Source: Muribaculaceae bacterium
GTDB lineage: Bacteria > Bacteroidota > Bacteroidia > Bacteroidales > Muribaculaceae
Reading direction: 5' to 3'
Assembly (NCBI GenBank): GCA_051890455.1
Contig: JBJFEE010000024.1
Span: 6,341 to 70,340 of the forward strand
DNA: 64,000 nucleotides
This document shows positions 1 to 7,509 of this stretch, piece by piece. Each line of letters begins with the position of its first letter. The stretch's first letter is position 1. A program made the translations under genes and the position numbers. The notes beneath the pieces were generated by a model. It ran no database searches and had not been told where the DNA came from. It saw only the letters and a program-made list of their open reading frames with translations.

Positions 1-356
1 ATGGCCTGCTTTATCTTTCGCGGCTCGTATTCGGTGATGGGCACCTCGCGGGCGAGGGCGGCAGCCATGGCCACGCCCTGGGCGCGTCCCAGCTTCAGCA
101 TAGACTGCACGTTTTTGCCGAAGAACGGCGCTTCGATGGCCATCTCGTCGGGCAGATACTGTTCCACCAGCGCCAGCACACGGTCATAGATGCGGCGCAG
201 ACGCAGATAGTGGTCCTCAAGCTTGGACAGGCGGATGACACCCAAGGCGATGAGGTAAGGCTGCTTGCCGCGCACGCCGAGGATGCCGTAGCCCATGACG
301 TTGGTGCCCGGGTCGATGCCTATGATTATCCTGTCCTTGGGATTTGTCTCTGCCAT
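1..356 (-). CDS. ruvC: Holliday junction resolvase RuvC (3' end runs off the window)
   Basis: Manual translation from ATG at 356: [24 protein letters not shown]...[27 protein letters not shown]; GIDPG and AIE motifs of RuvC. Absent from the ORF track because it has no stop in the window. Confidence 0.95.
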   Translation of the reverse strand, partial: MAETNPKDRIIIGIDPGTNVMGYGILGVRGKQPYLIALGVIRLSKLEDHYLRLRRIYDRVLALVEQYLPDEMAIEAPFFGKNVQSMLKLGRAQGVAMAAALAREVPITEYEPRKIKQA

Positions 357-363
357 TGCCGTG

Positions 364-672
364 TCAGTCTATCGTCTGCAGATAAGTAGTGAAGAAAGCG
401 AGTTTGCCGGGGCCGAGCTGACGGGCAATCTCCAGCCGGAGGGCATTTGCGTCGCTGTCGTGCCATCTCTTGGCCTCGGCCAGGGTTGCGGCCTCGGTCT
501 GGAAGGCTATCGAGCAGCCGTCGTCGTCGCAGCTGCCGCCGAGCACACGGGCCGTACGAGGAGCCCTGTGACCCGCGGCAACCGCCGAGGGACCGTAGAC
601 GTCGCGCAGCCATGTCGCCAGCGCGTTCTTGAGCTGCAGGGGAACGTGAAATGTTGTGTTTACGATTATCAT
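364..672 (-). CDS. DUF4286-like small protein
   Basis: 102 aa, [10 protein letters not shown]...[10 protein letters not shown]; usual Bacteroidales neighbour upstream of ruvC. Confidence 0.75.
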   Translation of the reverse strand: MIIVNTTFHVPLQLKNALATWLRDVYGPSAVAAGHRAPRTARVLGGSCDDDGCSIAFQTEAATLAEAKRWHDSDANALRLEIARQLGPGKLAFFTTYLQTID

Positions 673-678
673 TGTAGG

Positions 679-1452
679 TTATCGTTTGCGAAGTCTGGAG
701 CGTACGGCGTTGAGGACGAAGCGCGGGGCGAAGCCCAGGTGGCGCAGGGTCGTGCTCACGCGGCCGTAGTAGCGGCACATTATCTTATAGCGCTCGATAA
801 GCGATGCCTTGCGGTTGCGCGTCGTGGCGCCCTCGCTGAGGTAGTCGATGAGCACCGTGCCAGTGTAGACATTGCGCCGTGAGTGCTGGAGCACGCGTAT
901 GCACCACTCGTAGTCGGCCGAAAAGCGCCAGGCTGTGTTGTACAGCGGAGCTATCCGTTTCAGCGCCACGAAAGCCTGGTGGCAGACCTTCATGCCTCCG
1001 GCAAAGTCGCGCAGCGTAAGGCGCTCCGGGGCAGTGAGGTGACGCGGACCGAGGTATTTGCCGTCGCTGTCGACGAGGTTGGTCTGACCGTACACCACGC
1101 CGGGAAAGTCGTTGGCCCTGATGGCGTCGGTAATCTGCCGCAACGAGTCCTCCGAGTGGAATTTGTCTCCCGCGTTGAGGAAAATGAGGTATTTTCCGCG
1201 CGACAGCCCCATGCCCTTGTTCATGGCGTCGTAGATGCCGTGGTCGGGTGACGACTCGATATATGTGCGCTCCGTGGCCAGGCTCCGCGCGATGTCGAGG
1301 GTGCTGTCTTTGGACACGCCGTCAACCACGATATGCTCGTAGTCCGTCGCCGTCTGCGCTGCCACGCTACGCATGGTGGCGCCGATGGTCGGGGCGGCGT
1401 TGTAGCAGACGGTTATGATTGAAATCAGCGGCGAATTTATGGGTTTGGTCAT
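679..1452 (-). CDS. Glycosyltransferase family 2
   Basis: ISIITVCYN, VVDG, GIYDAMNKG, FLNAGD motifs. Confidence 0.92.
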   Translation of the reverse strand: MTKPINSPLISIITVCYNAAPTIGATMRSVAAQTATDYEHIVVDGVSKDSTLDIARSLATERTYIESSPDHGIYDAMNKGMGLSRGKYLIFLNAGDKFHSEDSLRQITDAIRANDFPGVVYGQTNLVDSDGKYLGPRHLTAPERLTLRDFAGGMKVCHQAFVALKRIAPLYNTAWRFSADYEWCIRVLQHSRRNVYTGTVLIDYLSEGATTRNRKASLIERYKIMCRYYGRVSTTLRHLGFAPRFVLNAVRSRLRKR

Positions 1453-1483
1453 GATTGTCGTATCGCGTTTTGCTTTAATACCC

Positions 1484-1522
1484 CAAAGTTACGAAAAAAT
1501 CTTATTATTTTTATTAACTTTG
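1484..1522. promoter_or_regulatory. Divergent pair of Bacteroidetes sigmaA -7 elements (TAACTTTG)
   Basis: TAACTTTG on - at 1484-1491 and on + at 1515-1522, between divergent genes; matches the TAnnTTTG consensus. Confidence 0.7.
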
Positions 1523-1608
1523 CAACATTCATATTACAATACCGTTGTAATATGTTTGCGGAAAATCCGTTATTATTACATAGAATAAACCGATAAATAC
1601 ATAAACAC

Positions 1609-4600
1609 ATGAAACTTTCACGATTGCTTGCAATAGGCGTCTGTGTCGCCGCTCCGGCTTCGGCCATGGCGCTGACGCCGCTGTGGATGCGTGACGTCAA
1701 GATTTCGCCTGACGGCTGCACCATCGCCTTCCAGTACAAGGGTGACATCTGGACCGTTCCCGTAGAGGGCGGCAAGGCCGTGCGCCTCACCACCATGGAC
1801 AGCTACGAGGCCAATCCCGTATGGAGTCCCGACAGCCGCACCATCGCTTTCCAGAGCGACCTCCACGGCAATTTCGACATCTTCGCCATCCCCGCTGCCG
1901 GCGGCAAAGCCGTGCGCCTCACCAACAACTCGGCGCGCGAGACACCCGAGGCTTTCAGCCCCGACGGCAAGGAAGTCTATTTTACCGCCAACATCCAGCA
2001 GCCCGTTAAGAGTGCCGTCTATCCCGGCGGCGTCCTGGGCCAGCTCTACAGTGTCCCCGTCAAGGGCGGCGCCTCGCACCTTGTGCTGGGTACGCCGGCC
2101 GGACGCATCGACTTCGGCGGCAAGGACTGGTTCCTGTACCAGGACACCAAAGGCTTTGAGGACGAGTGGCGCAAGCACCACACCTCGTCGGTGACACGCG
2201 ACATTTGGCGCTATGACGCCTCTACCGGCAAGCACACCAACCTCACGGCCCGTGCCGGCGAAGACCGCGACCCCGTCATCGAGGGCAACGACGTGTACTT
2301 CATCAGCGAGCGTGACGGCGGCTCGATGAACGTCTACCGCGCACCCCTCTCCGATATGTCTAAGGCCACCGCCGTGACGCGCTTCAAGACACATCCCGTC
2401 CGCTTCCTCAGCGGCGCCGACAACGGCACGCTGTGCTACACCTACGACGGCGAGATCTACACCCAGAAGGCCGGCGGCAAGCCCGCCAAGGTGGCAGTCT
2501 CGGTCCCCGAGGACATTGTGGCCGAGCCGGTGCAGAAACTCCCCGTCCGCTCCGGAGCACGCAGCGCCACGCTGTCGCCTGACGGCAAGTTCGTGGCCTT
2601 CACCAACCGCGGCGACCTCTTCGTCACCTCCGTAGAGTACAACACCACCAAGCGTATCACCGCCACTCCCCAGGCCGAGAGCAACCCCACCTGGAGCAAG
2701 GACGGCAAGACCCTCTACTACGAGAGCGAGCGCGACGGCGCACCCAATATCTGGCAGGCGACGATGGCTCATGAGGACGACCCCGACTTTGCCAACGCCA
2801 CCGTCATCGACGAGAAGCCCCTGTTCAACGACAAGACCTACCGCCGCGTGCCCATCGTCTCGCCCGACGGCAAGAAGATGGCCTTCATCGCCGACCGCAA
2901 CAAGCTGTGCGTGATGGACCTCGAGTCAAAGAAGGTCAAACAGCTCACCGACGGCTCGCTCAACCCCAGCCTCTACGGCGGCTTCAACTACACCTGGAGC
3001 CCCGACTCGAAGTGGATTGCATGGGGTGTCAACGACAACCACCACGATCCGTACTCCAACATCGCAATTATCAACGTCAACGACGGCGAGATTGTCAAGC
3101 TCACCTCGTCGGGCTACTTCAGCGAGATGCCCCGCTTTGTCCTCGACGGCAACGCCGTCCTCTTCGGCACCGACAAGTACGGTATGCGCGCCCACGCCTC
3201 GTGGGGCAGCCAGTCCGACGTGATGCTTGCCTTCCTCAACCAGGATGCCTACGACAAATTCCGACTCAGCGAAGAAGACTACGCCCTGCGCAAGGAGGTG
3301 GAGAAGAAGAGCAAGGACAAGGGCGCCAAGAAAGACGATAAGAAGGGCGCCAAGAAGGACGAGAAGAAGGACGAGAAGAAAGACGATAAGAAAGACGACA
3401 AGAAGGCTGACGAGACAAAGGCCATCGTTGTCGAGAAAGACGGCATCGAAGACCGTACCGTCCGCCTCACGCCCATGTCGGTCAACCTCTCCGACTTCAT
3501 CCTCTCGCCCGATGGCGAAACCCTCTACTACCTCGTCTCGGGTCAGGACGGCACTGAGCTGTGGAAACTGAAGATGCGCAAAGACGAACACCGCCTTGTC
3601 GGCAAGGCTTCGGGCAGCAGCGGCTTCGACGTCACCCCCGATGGCAAGAACATCATGATGACCGGCGGCTCGCTCAAGAAGTTCGACACCAAGAGCGACA
3701 AGATGACCCCCATCACCTTCGCGTCGACAGTCACCGTCGACCCCGCCGCCGAGCGCGAGTATATGTTTGACTACGTTAAGCGCGAGGAGGGTGCCCGTTT
3801 CTACAACAAGAATATGCACGGCATCAACTGGGACGCCATGACCGAGCACTACCGCAAATTCCTGCCGCACATCTCCAACAACTACGACTTTGCCGAGCTG
3901 CTCAGCGAGCTGCTGGGCGAGCTCAACGCCAGCCACACCGGCGGCCGCTACCGCGGCATGTCGGGCTCGCAGGCCGACCGCACCGCCCGTCTCGGTCTCA
4001 TCTACGACCTCAGCTATAGCGGCGACGGCCTCAAGATTGACGAGATACTGGTGAAAGGTCCCTTTGCGCGTGCCAACTCCAAAGTCAAGGCCGGCGACAT
4101 CATCACCGCCATCAACGGCCACGAAATCAAGGCCGGCACCAACGTCGACGAGCTGCTCACCGACATCGCCGGCAAAAAGACCCTCGTGACGGTCAAGGGC
4201 GCTGACGGCAAGACCTTCAGCGAGGTTGTTCTGCCCATCTCGGCCGGCGCCGAGGGCGACTTGCTCTACCGCCGTTGGGTGAAACAGCGTGCCGAAGACG
4301 TCGACCGCTGGTCCAACGGCCGCCTCGGCTACGTCCACATCCCCTCCATGGCCGACGAGTCGTTCCGTCCCGTCTACTCCGACGTCCTCGGCAAGTACAA
4401 CGAGCGTGAGGGCATCGTCATCGACGTCCGCAACAACGGCGGCGGCCGTATGCACGAGGATATCGAGGTGATGTTCTCCGGCAACAAGTACCTCACTCAG
4501 GTAATCCGTGGCGTCGAAGTGTGCGACATGCCCTCGCGCCGCTGGAACAAGCCCTCGGTGATGGTCACCAGCGAAGCCTGCTACTCCAACGCCCACGGCA

Positions 4601-4884
4601 CCCCCTGGGTATACCAGCACCAGGGCCTCGGCAAGGTTGTCGGCGCTCCCGTCCCCGGCACCATGACATCTGTAAACTGGGTGACCATGCAGGACCCCAC
4701 GATGATATTCGGCATTCCCGCCATCGGCTACCTCACTGCCGAGGGCAACTACCTTGAGAACACCCAGCTCGAGCCCGACGTCCTCATCTACAACGACCCC
4801 GCCGTCGTCGTCACCGGCGAAGACCAGCAGCTCCACGCCGCCGTCGAGTCCCTCCTCAAAGACCTCGACTCCCAAAAGAAGTAA
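1609..4884 (+). CDS. Tricorn-like S41 family peptidase (PD40 beta-propellers, PDZ, S41 domain)
   Basis: Signal peptide, repeated WSPD/SPDG PD40 motifs, LGELNASH, IDVRNNGGG, YSNAH. Confidence 0.92.
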   Translation: MKLSRLLAIGVCVAAPASAMALTPLWMRDVKISPDGCTIAFQYKGDIWTVPVEGGKAVRLTTMDSYEANPVWSPDSRTIAFQSDLHGNFDIFAIPAAGGKAVRLTNNSARETPEAFSPDGKEVYFTANIQQPVKSAVYPGGVLGQLYSVPVKGGASHLVLGTPAGRIDFGGKDWFLYQDTKGFEDEWRKHHTSSVTRDIWRYDASTGKHTNLTARAGEDRDPVIEGNDVYFISERDGGSMNVYRAPLSDMSKATAVTRFKTHPVRFLSGADNGTLCYTYDGEIYTQKAGGKPAKVAVSVPEDIVAEPVQKLPVRSGARSATLSPDGKFVAFTNRGDLFVTSVEYNTTKRITATPQAESNPTWSKDGKTLYYESERDGAPNIWQATMAHEDDPDFANATVIDEKPLFNDKTYRRVPIVSPDGKKMAFIADRNKLCVMDLESKKVKQLTDGSLNPSLYGGFNYTWSPDSKWIAWGVNDNHHDPYSNIAIINVNDGEIVKLTSSGYFSEMPRFVLDGNAVLFGTDKYGMRAHASWGSQSDVMLAFLNQDAYDKFRLSEEDYALRKEVEKKSKDKGAKKDDKKGAKKDEKKDEKKDDKKDDKKADETKAIVVEKDGIEDRTVRLTPMSVNLSDFILSPDGETLYYLVSGQDGTELWKLKMRKDEHRLVGKASGSSGFDVTPDGKNIMMTGGSLKKFDTKSDKMTPITFASTVTVDPAAEREYMFDYVKREEGARFYNKNMHGINWDAMTEHYRKFLPHISNNYDFAELLSELLGELNASHTGGRYRGMSGSQADRTARLGLIYDLSYSGDGLKIDEILVKGPFARANSKVKAGDIITAINGHEIKAGTNVDELLTDIAGKKTLVTVKGADGKTFSEVVLPISAGAEGDLLYRRWVKQRAEDVDRWSNGRLGYVHIPSMADESFRPVYSDVLGKYNEREGIVIDVRNNGGGRMHEDIEVMFSGNKYLTQVIRGVEVCDMPSRRWNKPSVMVTSEACYSNAHGTPWVYQHQGLGKVVGAPVPGTMTSVNWVTMQDPTMIFGIPAIGYLTAEGNYLENTQLEPDVLIYNDPAVVVTGEDQQLHAAVESLLKDLDSQKK

Positions 4885-4905
4885 AAGATTTGGTTTATAA
4901 AGTCG

Positions 4906-4937
4906 AGAGGCCGTGCCCGCTGATGGGTACGGCCTCT
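4906..4937. terminator. Hairpin after S41 peptidase gene
   Basis: AGAGGCCGTGCCC/GGGTACGGCCTCT stem between convergent genes. Confidence 0.65.
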
Positions 4938-4950
4938 TATATTTACCTGT

Positions 4951-5032
4951 TGTAGGGACACTTTTTAAAGCGTCCGCATCCGGATGGCATATTGGCAATC
5001 CTTCGGCGGACGCCTTAAAAAGCGTCCCTACA
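4951..5032. repeat. REPIN (inverted REP doublet), family A copy 1
   Basis: TGTAGGGACACTTTTTAAAGCGTCC...GGACGCCTTAAAAAGCGTCCCTACA; near-identical copies at 11215, 27469, 32444. Confidence 0.85.
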
Positions 5033-5054
5033 GTGTTATCTTTCCAGTTCCAGG

Positions 5055-6275
5055 TTATCCTTCCAGTTCCAGCATAAGGCGGGTGTTGGCGGCGTCGGTG
5101 ACGGCGAGGAGGCGGCGTGGGCCGCCGGGACGGATGCCGAGTTTTTTCTGGAGGTCGGCAGCGCTCATGCCGAAATTGCGGACGGCGACGTCAGCCTGGG
5201 GTAGGGCCGATTTGAGGCGCTTGATGTTTTTCGACTGCCAGGGGATGATGGCAGCCACGCGACGTGCGATGCCGGGGACATCGGCGATGAGCTCACGGCT
5301 GTAGAAGACATGGGTGTTGGCCGAGAGTTTGCAGAGGCTGGGGAAGCGCTGCTGAAGTGTGCGGAAGGGCACGCCTTTCATTACCGCGGGATAAAGTTCG
5401 TAGACATAGTCGCCGGGACGGGGGATGCCGAAGGTGCCTGCAGGAGCGGATTGTTCGCTGGCTCGAGTATAATCGAAGACCGACTCCATGCCGGGAGCGA
5501 GGGTGACGCAACGGACGGGGCAATCGTCAAGGTCGGTGTTCGTGTCGAAGCGCATCACTGCCACAATTTCCTTGCACTCGGTGACAGTGCCGATGATGTA
5601 AACGCCTTCCAGTTCGGGCCCGAGGTCGCGCATGGTCTGGGTTACGTCGAGCATCGGCGACAGCTTTATGACCAGGCGCTTGAAATGTTGGCGTAGAGCC
5701 GGCAGCAAGGCCACGACGTCGGGTTGGCAGTCGGCGATGGCGTAGACGCGTCCGCCGTCGGCGCTGCGCCGGGCCGGGTCGATGAAGGCGACGTTGCTGC
5801 GGATGCTGTCTTCGGCGAGCAACACCGTGCTGTCGGCGCACATGGCAGTCAGATTGGGCAGATTTATCGTTGCGGCGTTGAAGCGGAGAGCCTCGGCCAA
5901 TTTTTCCTGTCGGTCGATGGCCAAAACGGTATGGCCTGCCTCGGCGAAATGCATGGCGTCGATGCCTAATCCCGCCGTGAGGTCGGTGACCGTCTCGCCC
6001 GTCTCAAGCAATGAGGTGTGGAATTTTGCCAGCAGGTCCGACGTGCTCTGCTCTCCGGCAAGTTCGTTCGGGAAGAGAAAGTGCGGGTTGGCGGCGAGGG
6101 TGTCGCGGAGTTTGCTCCCGAATTTATGCCGGCATTCAATCTGCGTTATGGCGAGGGAATAGTCTATGCCGTCGGCATCCTCCTTGCCGTGATAGTGCAG
6201 CCGGAGGCGGCGCGTGTCGGCGTCGAGATTGTCATGTACGAATTGCCGGAAGTCGGGAGTGTCAAAACTTTTCAT
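5055..6275 (-). CDS. Class I SAM-dependent methyltransferase with THUMP-like C-terminal domain
   Basis: VTDLTAGLGIDA SAM-binding motif, FIDPARR, KLSPMLD. Confidence 0.82.
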   Translation of the reverse strand: MKSFDTPDFRQFVHDNLDADTRRLRLHYHGKEDADGIDYSLAITQIECRHKFGSKLRDTLAANPHFLFPNELAGEQSTSDLLAKFHTSLLETGETVTDLTAGLGIDAMHFAEAGHTVLAIDRQEKLAEALRFNAATINLPNLTAMCADSTVLLAEDSIRSNVAFIDPARRSADGGRVYAIADCQPDVVALLPALRQHFKRLVIKLSPMLDVTQTMRDLGPELEGVYIIGTVTECKEIVAVMRFDTNTDLDDCPVRCVTLAPGMESVFDYTRASEQSAPAGTFGIPRPGDYVYELYPAVMKGVPFRTLQQRFPSLCKLSANTHVFYSRELIADVPGIARRVAAIIPWQSKNIKRLKSALPQADVAVRNFGMSAADLQKKLGIRPGGPRRLLAVTDAANTRLMLELEG

Positions 6276-6293
6276 CAGTCAGTCATGTTACTT

Positions 6294-6803
6294 TCAGCGG
6301 CGATAGTCGGCGAGGGCCTTTTGCAGGCGCTGGCGGGCGAAGAAGATGCGGCTTTTCACCGTGCCCAGCGGCAGACCCATCTTTTTGGCTATCTCGGTAT
6401 ATTTGAAGCCCTGCACGTGGAGCGAGAAGGGCACGCGGTATCCGTCGCCGAACGAGTTGATGACCTTGCTTATCTCGTCCACGGCAAGCGAGCCCTCGGG
6501 AGTCTCTATTCCCGATGTCTGCGGCATGTTGAGGTGGATGAGGTCCTGCGTGTTGTCCAGCACGACGCCCGAGCGCACGGCGCGCCGGTAGTTGTTGATG
6601 AAGATGTTGCGCATGATGGTGAAGACCCAGCCCTTGAAGTTGACGTTGTCGACAAATTTGTCCTGGTTGTCGAGCACCTTCAGCGTTGTATCCTGCAGCA
6701 GGTCGTAGGCGTCATCACGGTTCGACGTAAGCAGATATGCGAAGTTAAGCATATTTCCTTGAATAGACAGTAGCTTGTCCTGTAAATGTTTTGTGCTTTC
6801 CAT
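6294..6803 (-). CDS. ECF-type RNA polymerase sigma-70 factor (no adjacent anti-sigma)
   Basis: DAYDLLQDT, FKGWVFTIMRN (region 2); YTEIAKKMGLPLGTVKSRIFFAR (region 4). Confidence 0.93.
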   Translation of the reverse strand: MESTKHLQDKLLSIQGNMLNFAYLLTSNRDDAYDLLQDTTLKVLDNQDKFVDNVNFKGWVFTIMRNIFINNYRRAVRSGVVLDNTQDLIHLNMPQTSGIETPEGSLAVDEISKVINSFGDGYRVPFSLHVQGFKYTEIAKKMGLPLGTVKSRIFFARQRLQKALADYRR

Positions 6804-7041
6804 AGTGAAAGAGAATAAAGGGGGCGACCCTTGGGCCCTGATAGCATCGTAAAATCAAATATCATCACATCGCGATACATCGTGCGAACGGCCTGTTGAC
6901 TGGCCGGGATACAATGTATCTGCAATTCAAACAACGGCGTGGCGTCTGCCGTTCATGGATTTAACATTTTTAGAGCTTGTTTAATAATAAATGTTGACGG
7001 CAGGGTCGCATAGCTTGAGTTGATTTTTGTCTTGAGACGAG

Positions 7042-7170
7042 AGGGTGTGTCAAAATAGCCTGAATGTAGGGACATGCCTTTGGCATGTTGGACCAATATG
7101 CTGTCTTTCAGGCTTAACATCGCAAAGCGATGTCCCTACATCATTAAAATCACACATTTTGACACACCGC
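7042..7170. mobile_element. Inner MITE-like element (GGTGTGTCAAAAT TIRs) enclosing a REPIN
   Basis: GGTGTGTCAAAAT at 7044-7056 and ATTTTGACACACC at 7156-7168; CGAG on both flanks (7038-7041, 7171-7174); homologous copy at ~46956-47084. Confidence 0.7.
7065..7140. repeat. REPIN family B copy 1
   Basis: TGTAGGGACATGCCTTTGGCATGT...ACATCGCAAAGCGATGTCCCTACA. Confidence 0.85.
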
Positions 7171-7490
7171 CGAGGAACAAGGCAAAAAGCGGCCAAGATA
7201 TGCGAGATGGCAGTAATTTCAATAACATAATCAGGCTCAGTAAAATTAAAAATAGTTCACTTAAAGCCAGGGCAACTATAAACAATTCTTTAATAATTAC
7301 CTCGGAGCTGTCATTCGTCGGCATCTTTCCGTTTGTTCTTCGGTCGTTATGGAACCCCATAACTCCCTCATCTCAAACGAAAATCTGCTCGATGACTGAC
7401 AGCCCTGCCGTTAACATTTATTGTTAAACAAGCTCTTAACCAGCGATGCGCTGCACGGCTCCCGGAGTTTGCGCCTTGCCGAATAAATCG

Positions 7491-7498
7491 TAACTTTG
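7491..7498 (+). promoter_or_regulatory. -7 promoter element of mutS2
   Basis: TAACTTTG 11 nt upstream of the ATG. Confidence 0.65.
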
Positions 7499-7509
7499 CA
7501 TATTGAACT

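Larger units (their letters stand above)
6973..7435. mobile_element. Non-autonomous MITE-like element, 33-bp terminal inverted repeats, TTA duplication
   Basis: 6973-7005 GAGCTTGTTTAATAATAAATGTTGACGGCAGGG vs reverse complement of 7403-7435 GAGCTTGTTTAACAATAAATGTTAACGGCAGGG (31/33 identical); TTA at 6970-6972 and 7436-7438; no transposase inside. Confidence 0.7.

Noticed and set aside
4984-5304. Recurring peptide snippets such as DALKSVPT, GGRFKKRPY and VGTCLWHV in several ORFs
   Set aside because: They are translations of REP/MITE DNA, not a protein family. The same applies to the N-terminal extension of the pth ORF.
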